Below, piece after piece: positions 1 through 7,082 of a DNA stretch of 32,000 nt. This stretch comes from Methanopyrus kandleri AV19 (GTDB lineage Archaea > JAADCQ01 > Methanopyri > Methanopyrales > Methanopyraceae): positions 720,001 to 752,000 of the forward strand of contig NC_003551.1 of the NCBI RefSeq assembly GCF_000007185.1, read 5' to 3'. Under the pieces are notes generated by a model. It saw only the letters and a list, made by a program, of their open reading frames with translations, was not told the origin of the DNA and ran no database searches. The first letter of the stretch is position 1, and each line of letters opens with the position of its first letter. Both the position numbers and the translations under genes were made by a program.

Positions 1-403
1 GGACTAAGGTGCCGTCGTACCTTCTAGCGTATTCGTCGTTAAGTACTGCGGCACGGGCGTGACCTATGTGGAGGGGACCCGAAGGGTTCGGTGCGAACCG
101 AAGGCGAACGTTCCCCGGTTCAGCTCCGGGAAGGGGTTTGAGCCCTTCTTTGTCCCGGGCTACGTCTTCGCGCGGTCCTCCGAGTTCTTCCAGCTCGCGT
201 CTGATTTCCTCTCCGGACATCTTGTTAACTTCGCGGACCACCTCTCTGACGGTCTTCAGGACTTCTTTCGCCCTAGGACGTAGCTCTTCGTGTTCCTTCA
301 TGATCTTCTTCATCACCGCGTTGGGATTCGCCCTCCCACCGTATCGGGCCGCGTTCTCCAGAGCGTACCTGCGGACGAGATCTCGAAGTTCCTTCTCCTC
401 CAC
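1..403 (-). CDS. gltX: Glutamyl-tRNA synthetase, N-terminal part; the gene continues beyond the window start
   Basis: My translation of the minus strand from GTG at 403-401 gives [35 protein letters not shown]...[34 protein letters not shown]. This carries the class I HIGH motif in the context typical of archaeal GluRS. The ORF track misses it because the frame runs off the window. The plus-strand ORFs 59-283 and 66-431 are antisense shadows. Confidence 0.85.
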   Translation of the reverse strand, partial: MEEKELRDLVRRYALENAARYGGRANPNAVMKKIMKEHEELRPRAKEVLKTVREVVREVNKMSGEEIRRELEELGGPREDVARDKEGLKPLPGAEPGNVRLRFAPNPSGPLHIGHARAAVLNDEYARRYDGTLV

Positions 404-609
404 GGTCCATTCTCCCCGAGATAATCAGTGAGGGGGTGTCCCCCGTCCTCCGGCCCCGGGATCATCGACAGGCGACGGCCTTCTCCCCCGGGGGACCCAG
501 ACGGGAGTCATCTTTTGCGAAGTCTGGCCCCGGACGCCGCCGACTCATTAGCCCCTTAATTACGTTCTCCCCGCTACGGAGAGGCGCAGTACCGGGCCCG
601 ACCCAGACC

Positions 610-625
610 CGAAATTTCTATATAG
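610..625 (+). promoter_or_regulatory. Archaeal BRE/TATA promoter for the tRNA-Lys gene
   Basis: cgaaatttctatatag: a purine-rich BRE-like cgaaa followed by the TATA-like ctatatag, centred about 31 nt upstream of the mature tRNA 5' end at 653. It is the only AT-rich block in a GC-rich spacer. Confidence 0.5.
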
Positions 626-652
626 ATCCTCGAGGGTAGTTCGGTTCGGGTC

Positions 653-730
653 GGGCCGGCAGCTCAGTCTGGCTAGAGCGCGGGACTTTTAATCCCGTGG
701 TCCCGGGTTCAAATCCCGGCCGGCCCACCA
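653..730 (+). tRNA. tRNA-Lys (anticodon UUU) with genomically encoded 3' CCA and C at position 8
   Basis: Cloverleaf folded by hand. Acceptor GGGCCGG/CCGGCCC; D stem GCTC/GAGC; anticodon stem CGGGA/TCCCG with loop CTTTTAA; T stem CCGGG/CCCGG with loop TTCAAAT; discriminator A, then CCA. No intron. Confidence 0.95.
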
Positions 731-737
731 AAATGCT

Positions 738-825
738 CAATTGTTATGAAGATCATAACATTCGAACGGTTCGGGGTAAACCTTGTGTGGGTCGAGTTCA
801 ATCGTTACGATTTCCATAACAATTG
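738..825. repeat. Nested AT-rich inverted repeats between the convergent tRNA-Lys and argS 3' ends
   Basis: caattgttatg (738-748) is the exact reverse complement of cataacaattg (815-825). A local hairpin at 742-760 has tgttatga and tcataaca as arms and a 3-nt loop, aga. Confidence 0.7.
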
Positions 826-848
826 GGTTGGAGGAAGGAGTTGACACA

Positions 849-2627
849 TTACATCCGCTCCAGCGTCGGAATTCCGAGGAGATTCATCAGGTTCTCCGCC
901 ACGATCGTGAATGCCTCTACGAGCTTCAGTCGCGCCTCCCGTACTTCATCGTCCTCAACGTGCAGCACGGGAACCTCCTCGTAGAACGTGTGGAACGTCT
1001 TCGCCAGGTCGTACGCGTACTCGGCGAGGATGTCCGGGCGCCGCTTGCGCACGCACTGGGCTACGTGGCGTGGGAACTTCGACATCTTGAGGATCAACTC
1101 GAACGAGTGATCGTCGTTCAAGTATGCCGCATCGAAGCGGTTCACCTCCTCGTCTGCCTTCCGGAGGATCGACTTGGCCCTCGCGTAAGCGTACTGGATG
1201 AACGGTCCACCACGACGGAAGTCGAGGGCTTCGTCCCAGTCGAACTCTATCGGTTTGTTGGGACTCACTCTGGCGATAGCGAAGCGTACGGCCCCTATGG
1301 CGATCTCCTCCGCGATCTTCTCTCGCTCCTCGTCGCTCAGTTCCTCCGCTACGCCCGCTGCCTTCATCTTCTCGAGTGCGCGCTTCTTGGCTTCCTCCAG
1401 GAACTCGTCGAGCGTCACGTATCTACCCTTCCTAGTAGACATCGATCCTTCCGGCAGATGGATGAACTCGTAGAACACCACGTCGATACGGTCGGGGTTC
1501 TCCTCGAGCATGTCCAGTACGGCCCGTAGCTGTTCGACCGCTAACTTGTGATCCGCTCCTAGCACGTCTACCACGAACGTGGCTCGTCCGAGCTTCCAGA
1601 GGTGATAGGCGATGTCACGGGTGGTGTACAGCGTAGTGCCGTCGCTGCGCGTGAGTACGAGCTCCTTGTCGATTCCGTAGTCTTCCAGGTCGACTACCAC
1701 GGCTCCATCCTCGCGCTCCTCCGCGACTCCCATGTCCAGCAGCTTCTCCACGATCTCCAGTGCATCGCGCGCGAACTCGCTCTCGTACACGAATCGGTCA
1801 TGCGCCACCCGGAGGCGCTCCAGCGTTTGGATGTGCCCTCTCAGACACTCCTCCACTACGGTCTGGAACGCGTCGGCGATGCGCTCCGCTCGAGATTCTT
1901 CCTCCACTAGGTAACGTTCGTACGATCTCAGGAACCTCTCGACTACTTCCTCCAGCTCGGGATCTTCCTCGATCTCACGCGCGGCTTCAGTGTACAGCTT
2001 ACCGAAGAACTCGTCCGGTTTTTCGCCCTCGGGTACTTCGGGCCGCCCCTCCTTTATGTACTTCCACGCGAGCATCGCGATCTGCTTACCCATATCGTTC
2101 ACGTAATACTGCACTTCCACCCCGTAGTTCGTGAAGACCATGCACCTCGCGAGAATGTCCCCGATGACAGCGTTTCTACCGTGGCCGATGTGTAAAGGAC
2201 CGTTGGGGTTCGCGCTAGTGTGCTCCAAGATTACGGGGCGACCCATACCGAGGTCGAGCGAGCCGTACTCTTCGCCGTAGTAGAATATCGACCTGAGCGT
2301 CAGCGCCGCGTACTGGGACCTGTCGAGCTTCAAGTTGATGAAGCCCGGGCCTTCCACCCAAGCCTTTTCCACGAACACCACGTCGTCGAGGTCAGACTCC
2401 TCGACGATCGTTTCAGCCAGCTCTCTGGGGTTCTCGTCCAGCTCTTTAGCTAGGGAGAGTGCCACCGGCGTGGCCAGATCGGCACCTTCGACGGGTGGGT
2501 TCTCGTCGATAGGAACCTCTATCAGCTCGTCTACTTCGTACACGGACGAGATCGCGTCCCGGATCGATGTTCTTATGGTGCGAATCGTAACCGAAAACGG
2601 GTCGCGAGGTGTGGTTTCCTCGGCCAA
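849..2627 (-). CDS. argS: Arginyl-tRNA synthetase
   Basis: 592-aa ORF with SANPNGPLHIGHGRNAVIGD (class I HIGH region), MSTRKG (KMSK-like) and the C-terminal anticodon-binding-domain ending ...ERM typical of ArgRS. Confidence 0.95.
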   Translation of the reverse strand: MAEETTPRDPFSVTIRTIRTSIRDAISSVYEVDELIEVPIDENPPVEGADLATPVALSLAKELDENPRELAETIVEESDLDDVVFVEKAWVEGPGFINLKLDRSQYAALTLRSIFYYGEEYGSLDLGMGRPVILEHTSANPNGPLHIGHGRNAVIGDILARCMVFTNYGVEVQYYVNDMGKQIAMLAWKYIKEGRPEVPEGEKPDEFFGKLYTEAAREIEEDPELEEVVERFLRSYERYLVEEESRAERIADAFQTVVEECLRGHIQTLERLRVAHDRFVYESEFARDALEIVEKLLDMGVAEEREDGAVVVDLEDYGIDKELVLTRSDGTTLYTTRDIAYHLWKLGRATFVVDVLGADHKLAVEQLRAVLDMLEENPDRIDVVFYEFIHLPEGSMSTRKGRYVTLDEFLEEAKKRALEKMKAAGVAEELSDEEREKIAEEIAIGAVRFAIARVSPNKPIEFDWDEALDFRRGGPFIQYAYARAKSILRKADEEVNRFDAAYLNDDHSFELILKMSKFPRHVAQCVRKRRPDILAEYAYDLAKTFHTFYEEVPVLHVEDDEVREARLKLVEAFTIVAENLMNLLGIPTLERM

Positions 2628-2642
2628 CGTGGGCGAACCCCT

Positions 2643-3872
2643 TCACTTGGGTCGGAACCTGAGCAGGGCTCCGAGTCCCCGAAACGCGTTATAAAACTGA
2701 GCGCCCTCTTCGGTCTCGGTTGAGATGATCTCGACGTTGGATCCCATCTGCTCGGCCAGTTCCACGTAGTAATCCACTATGTCTTTGATTTCTTCCACGT
2801 TGAGCTCTGCTTCCCCGCATTCCGGGCACTCTTCCACGTATTTCTTCGCCTCGTCTTTCTCCTTCACCGTAACGATGTTCTCGTACCCGCACTCCGGACA
2901 TCGTAGGATTACCTTGTATCCCTCGAGGTCCTCGGAAACTAGCAGTACCTCCACGGCACCCATCTTGAGGAGTTCGTCGACTTCCTCTCCATACGCCGCG
3001 AGTTCACCGTTCACGGCCTCCTCCATGAACTTTCGCACGAGGCGCTTCTCCCGGACTAGCTCGGCTTCCTTCAGCGCTTCTTCGGCTTTGTTCAGGGCCT
3101 CCCGGAGCCCGGACTCGTCCGTGTTGCCGACGTCCACCACGGTGAGTACCTTTTCCTTTAGATCCTTGGGGAGGTAGTCGCCGTCCAGGAACTCCTCCTT
3201 CGTGGGACCTGGACCTCCGACGATGATTCCCTTCAGATCCTTCACGTCTTCGAAAGCCTCGCGGGCGGCTTCTCCCACCTTCTGGTAAAACTCGTGGGCG
3301 GCGTGCTCGATCAACCGGTCGAACCTACGCTGAGATTGACCTCCGGCCTTATGCTTACCCGGCACGTCGGACGTCAGCCTCTTCACGGGTTCGATTCGCT
3401 TACCTTTCACGAGACCTATCGTGGCCTCCCGGCGGTCCATTACCAGGATTCCGTAGACGTCCTTCTCTTCGAGGTATTCCTTGAGGGGTTCTAGATAGAA
3501 TTTCGAATCACATCGGTAGATGAACCGGTCCACGGGCTCGGGCGGTTCGATCAGCTCCGCGACCATCTTCTCCTTGGTACCGTCCTGGACGGTGCCGACG
3601 AGAACTACGAGTCCGTTTTCCGGAGTCTCTCCGACCATTTTGAGACGCTGCATCACGACCTCGATAGCTGATTGGACGTTCTTCCGGGTGCGCTTACTCT
3701 TGATGTTGCTGGCTTGGGAGTACTCCTCCCGCATCTGAGCGATGACGTCGCTCAGACGATTCTCCGGCGGGATGTAAATCGTGATGAGCTCGGTGCCTTG
3801 TCCGCGCAGGTTTTCCAGTCTCTCTATCATCTTCCTGAACCTATATCTCTCGACCGTAGACGATTCGGCCAT
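2643..3872 (-). CDS. prf1: Peptide chain release factor aRF1
   Basis: GGQSQRRF (GGQ motif), NIKSK (NIKS motif) and a C-terminal CPECG...CPECG zinc ribbon. The ORF track starts at GTG 3881. I prefer ATG 3872 (MAESSTVERYRF...) because AGGGGGTG lies 6 nt upstream of it on the minus strand. Confidence 0.92.
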   Translation of the reverse strand: MAESSTVERYRFRKMIERLENLRGQGTELITIYIPPENRLSDVIAQMREEYSQASNIKSKRTRKNVQSAIEVVMQRLKMVGETPENGLVVLVGTVQDGTKEKMVAELIEPPEPVDRFIYRCDSKFYLEPLKEYLEEKDVYGILVMDRREATIGLVKGKRIEPVKRLTSDVPGKHKAGGQSQRRFDRLIEHAAHEFYQKVGEAAREAFEDVKDLKGIIVGGPGPTKEEFLDGDYLPKDLKEKVLTVVDVGNTDESGLREALNKAEEALKEAELVREKRLVRKFMEEAVNGELAAYGEEVDELLKMGAVEVLLVSEDLEGYKVILRCPECGYENIVTVKEKDEAKKYVEECPECGEAELNVEEIKDIVDYYVELAEQMGSNVEIISTETEEGAQFYNAFRGLGALLRFRPK

Positions 3873-3878
3873 CGTGAA

Positions 3879-3893
3879 CACCCCCTAGGGGTG
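3879..3893. promoter_or_regulatory. Back-to-back Shine-Dalgarno palindrome in the aRF1/pyrH divergent spacer
   Basis: caccccctaggggtg reads AGGGGTG toward pyrH (ATG 3901) and AGGGGGTG toward aRF1 (ATG 3872). It contains the perfect 10-bp palindrome cccctagggg at 3882-3891. Confidence 0.45.
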
Positions 3894-3900
3894 AGACAGC

Positions 3901-4572
3901 ATGTATTCGGTCGTGGCACTGGGTGGCTCGGTCGTAAACGTGGATAAACCCGAACGCATCAAGGAAACCGCCGAAATCTTGCGAAATGGGCTCGATTCCG
4001 GGCTGAAGATATGCGTCGTCGTCGGTGGTGGGCCGACCGCCCGTCGGTACATAAACGTAGCGCGAAACCTCGGGACACCGGAAACTCTACTCGACGAGAT
4101 GGGTATCGCCGTTACCCGGCTGAACGCGATGCTTCTAGGGGCGGCGTTGGGTCTGCACGATCTGCACGTGCCTGAGACCCCAGTAGAAGCCGCGAGAATA
4201 GTCCGGCGGAACGGTGTGGCAGTCTGCGGTGGTACACATCCCGGCCACACAACCGACGCCGTAGCGGCCATGATCGCGGAACTGCTCGAGGGTCCACTCG
4301 TCATAGTTACCAATGTCGACGGGGTGTACGACAAGGACCCCAGTGAACCAGGCGCGCGCAAACTCCGGGAACTGAGGCCCGAAGAGCTGGAAGAACTGGC
4401 AGTCCGCGCTGAGCTTAAGGCGGGGGGAAGCTTCGTAGTGGACCCCCTCGCCGCCAAGATGATAAGCAGGGGTCAAATCGTCACGCACGTGGTTTCGTGG
4501 GAAGACTTCCGGTCCCGTGGGTTGGAAAACGTGGTTCGAGGCCGTCATAATGGGACGATAATCGAGGGGTGA
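3901..4572 (+). CDS. pyrH: Uridylate (UMP) kinase, archaeal type
   Basis: 223 aa from the amino-acid kinase family: VVALGGSVV..., VVVGGGPTARRY, TRLNAMLL, GGTHPGHTTDAVAAMIAE, TNVDGVYDKDP. Length and motif order match archaeal PyrH. Confidence 0.85.
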   Translation: MYSVVALGGSVVNVDKPERIKETAEILRNGLDSGLKICVVVGGGPTARRYINVARNLGTPETLLDEMGIAVTRLNAMLLGAALGLHDLHVPETPVEAARIVRRNGVAVCGGTHPGHTTDAVAAMIAELLEGPLVIVTNVDGVYDKDPSEPGARKLRELRPEELEELAVRAELKAGGSFVVDPLAAKMISRGQIVTHVVSWEDFRSRGLENVVRGRHNGTIIEG

Positions 4573-4578
4573 AAGGGT

Positions 4579-4770
4579 TTGACGGAGCGCGTACCTCCCC
4601 ACTCCCACTGTATCGTTTGTGGGGCCGCAATCCCGGAAGGGGAGCGATTTTGCAGCGAGAAGTGCCGGATGGAATACGAACGTAGGAGGAAGAAGGCGGC
4701 GACACTCCAGTGGATGCTGGCCGGAGCTCTCATAGCCCTAGGTGTGGTCCTGATGCTCCGGGGTGTATGA
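4579..4770 (+). CDS. Small Zn-ribbon protein with C-terminal TM helix (DUF2116-like)
   Basis: 63 aa: HCIVCGAAIPEGERFCSEKCRMEYERRRKK, followed by the hydrophobic WMLAGALIALGVVLML. Starts 7 nt after the pyrH stop. Confidence 0.6.
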   Translation: MTERVPPHSHCIVCGAAIPEGERFCSEKCRMEYERRRKKAATLQWMLAGALIALGVVLMLRGV

Positions 4771-5484
4771 GCGGAGTGAGGGCAATCCGGCTCCGCGAAC
4801 GCCGATCAACACGTCACCGGGTGTTGGGAGCTCGAGGACGGGACAGAACACATCGCTGCCACCCGCGATCGTCCCTTCGTACTCCACCCAAGTAAAGAAC
4901 GCGTATCCCGGCTCCGGAGTTTCGTACTCGAACTTTTTGGGGATGGGTTTGTCGGTCCGGATTACCTCAAGTGGTTCGATGTCTTCTGGGAGACCCGGCC
5001 GATATCTCGGCGTCCTAGGTGGTCGGCGGATAGGGTTGGCCCCAATCCGCACTTCCTGTGGCACGATCGTCGGTTCATACCTCTCGAGAACGGCGTTGAT
5101 GACGGGTACGAACTTCTCTTCTAGGAGTAGTGTGTCGATCATCTCACATGCTACCACATCGGCGTTCACATCCACATCCCGCGCGTCCCCTACTACTACC
5201 TCCCACTCCACGTCGTGCGGGACGTGTTTCCTGAGGTTCTTCTCGAGAAGTCGGGCTCGTTTGGGATTCTTTTCTACGGCGATCACGCGCTCGGCGCCGG
5301 CGTGGGCTGCAACCACCGATAAAGGTCCTGTGCCGGCTCCAAGGTCCGCGAAAGTGTCCTCTGCGACTTCCGCTACCATCGAGGTGAAGACGAAAACGCG
5401 CCTTACGTCACGGAGCAGGTCGAGCTGGTAGGAGTCTACCAACAGCTTGAACTCACCTACTGGAGTTCTTATGGTTTTAATCAT
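4738..5484 (-). CDS. Class I SAM-dependent methyltransferase (archaeal predicted RNA methylase type)
   Basis: 248 aa with the SAM-binding motif I FADLGAGTGPLSVVAA, then RVIAVEKNP and VVGDARD. Its ATG overlaps the upstream NYN gene stop as ATGA (5481-5484). Confidence 0.75.
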   Translation of the reverse strand: MIKTIRTPVGEFKLLVDSYQLDLLRDVRRVFVFTSMVAEVAEDTFADLGAGTGPLSVVAAHAGAERVIAVEKNPKRARLLEKNLRKHVPHDVEWEVVVGDARDVDVNADVVACEMIDTLLLEEKFVPVINAVLERYEPTIVPQEVRIGANPIRRPPRTPRYRPGLPEDIEPLEVIRTDKPIPKKFEYETPEPGYAFFTWVEYEGTIAGGSDVFCPVLELPTPGDVLIGVRGAGLPSLRSYTPEHQDHT

Positions 5485-6020
5485 TCGTCACTCACCACAT
5501 CCTTAGCTTCTTCGGGTTTCTCTTCTTTCCCCTCTGATTCCCGCTCCTTGCGCGGTTTAAGCTTGATTACATAGTCTGCCGCATTTTGTAGTGCTGTACT
5601 AAATCCTGGATCTGCTCCTATTACAATGGTGACCTTACCCTGCTCCTTCGCCTTAGCTATAATTGGAAGAAAGTCAGTGTCACGCGTCATTAGTGCGATT
5701 GCGTCGACGTTATCACTGTAAATAAGTTCCATTGCCTCAACCGCTAAGTACACATCAACGTCTCCCGGAATCACTCTAGGAACAAAACCCTGATTGGCTA
5801 CAGCTTCAATAAGTTTGTCCGAAGCGTATTGGTTCAGGAACGCTAATCCTACTCTAATATTACCCAATTCTTCAACTAATTCTCTAACCTCCTTCAAACT
5901 GACATCGAACTCTTTACGGAGCATATTCGGTCCGTCAATCAACATTGCAATGTCAAGATTGCCCCGCTTAGCTTTTCTCTTGATTACACCACTCATATAA
6001 TCTTTGACCGTATCGAGCAA
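5481..6020 (-). CDS. NYN/LabA-like (DUF88) predicted ribonuclease domain protein
   Basis: 179 aa: IAMLIDGPNM...VDVYLAVEAMELIY...DAIALMTRDTDFLPIIAKAKEQGKVTIVIGA, the acidic-residue pattern of NYN/LabA domains. TTG start at 6020, preceded by GGAGGTG 8 nt upstream. G+C is markedly low. Confidence 0.75.
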   Translation of the reverse strand: MLDTVKDYMSGVIKRKAKRGNLDIAMLIDGPNMLRKEFDVSLKEVRELVEELGNIRVGLAFLNQYASDKLIEAVANQGFVPRVIPGDVDVYLAVEAMELIYSDNVDAIALMTRDTDFLPIIAKAKEQGKVTIVIGADPGFSTALQNAADYVIKLKPRKERESEGKEEKPEEAKDVVSDE

Positions 6021-6041
6021 CTCATCACCACCTCCAGTCGG

Positions 6042-6800
6042 TTAACGTGCTGGGCGCTCGGGTTCATAGACTCTCAACTTACACTCTCCACCGGGAGAGA
6101 AGTGGTAAGGGAACTCTTCCACGACGGCCGCGTCTACGACCCCCTGTCGCGTCAACACGGCTGTAAGGTGAGGGCACGACTGAGAGTAGAGCACTACAGG
6201 GCCCTTATGAGAAGCTAGGAACCTGCGCACCGAACCGTTGGATAGTACCATTCCCGTAGAGAGCAATACGGATTCACCGAACTTTATATTCCTCTCGACC
6301 CGGAGACGTGGATCCTCGTCTACGATCTGAAGGAGTATTCCGCGATCCCGTAGTTCTCGCGCTATGTGGGCGGAGTATCCCACCAGTATCACCTCATCGC
6401 CGAGCTTTTCGGCGGTGTCGGCGACGATCTTCGCTCGGAGGGTAACGGCTCTGCCGTAGTCCCTGGGCAAGCTGATCTCCTCCTCAGGCTCCACGTTCTC
6501 CGCGCTCGCCACCGCATCGAGGGCTGCGCTCCGGGCCTGAGGCTCCTGAAACCTGCGCCACACTTCCTTCAGCTTCAGTCCCAGTATCTCCCGGAGTCGG
6601 AGGCATTTCTCGGGGTGGAGTGACGCTCCTTCCAGCCCTCTTTCCGTTTTGATTAGCGTAACGATATCGTCGTGGACGCGGTCTCCGCCGGGTGGCCTCC
6701 TGTATCCCTCCAGGGCGAGTGCCGCCGCTACTCGGTCGTTCTTACCCTCCGCTATCAGCTCCCTTACTACCCTCGAATAGAGCTTCCAGCGCCTCTTCAT
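6042..6800 (-). CDS. Conserved hypothetical protein, possibly DUF364/DUF4213-like (Rossmann-like C-terminal half)
   Basis: I start the frame at ATG 6800 (MKRRWKLYS...) rather than the track's 6896. The C-terminal half, DEVILVGYSAHIARELRDRGILLQIVDEDP...VLLSTGMVLSNGSVRRFL...GPVVLYSQSCPHL, resembles the DUF364 layout from memory. The family call is weak. Confidence 0.45.
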   Translation of the reverse strand: MKRRWKLYSRVVRELIAEGKNDRVAAALALEGYRRPPGGDRVHDDIVTLIKTERGLEGASLHPEKCLRLREILGLKLKEVWRRFQEPQARSAALDAVASAENVEPEEEISLPRDYGRAVTLRAKIVADTAEKLGDEVILVGYSAHIARELRDRGILLQIVDEDPRLRVERNIKFGESVLLSTGMVLSNGSVRRFLASHKGPVVLYSQSCPHLTAVLTRQGVVDAAVVEEFPYHFSPGGECKLRVYEPERPAR

Positions 6801-7074
6801 CGCACTCCCCCGATCCGGACCTGCTTCCGACCTGTACCTCGACGCGACCGTAGTCCCGGAGGGCTCTCTTGACTGGACCCTCCGGATCCCCTTCACCTCG
6901 GACGTCCACTAGGATCACGTACTCCACGGCGCGGAAGGCCCCGACGATGTCGGATCCTCGGGTTGCTCGCACCGACAACACGTCGAAGCCGGCGCGCCTC
7001 AGGGCTTCGGATACTTCTTTCTCGAGCCTCCGCTCAGGAACTGGTTTGTGGGAAAGGAGGTGCACGTCGACCAT
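6742..7074 (-). CDS. Small hypothetical protein (110 aa)
   Basis: Internal ATG at 7074 (MVDVHLLSHKPVPERRLEKEVSEALRRAGFDVLSVRATRGSDIVGAFRAVEYVILVDVRGEG...) lies 8 nt after the PhoH-like stop. The N-terminal 60 codons of the track ORF (to 7254) run antisense through the PhoH gene end and are rejected. The 3' end overlaps the next gene by 59 nt. Confidence 0.5.
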   Translation of the reverse strand: MVDVHLLSHKPVPERRLEKEVSEALRRAGFDVLSVRATRGSDIVGAFRAVEYVILVDVRGEGDPEGPVKRALRDYGRVEVQVGSRSGSGECDEEALEALFEGSKGADSGG

Positions 7075-7082
7075 CAGCTCGC

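Noticed and set aside
436-639. 67-aa plus-strand ORF in the gltX/tRNA spacer
   Set aside because: It is an Arg/Pro/Ser-rich product with no SD. It would run through the tRNA promoter. A non-coding or structured region is more likely.
783-1529. 248-aa plus-strand ORF, with several other plus-strand ORFs between 1198 and 2694
   Set aside because: They lie entirely antisense to argS, whose protein has unmistakable ArgRS motifs. Their composition (Arg/Leu/Val/His-rich, no motifs) is typical of shadow frames in GC-rich DNA.
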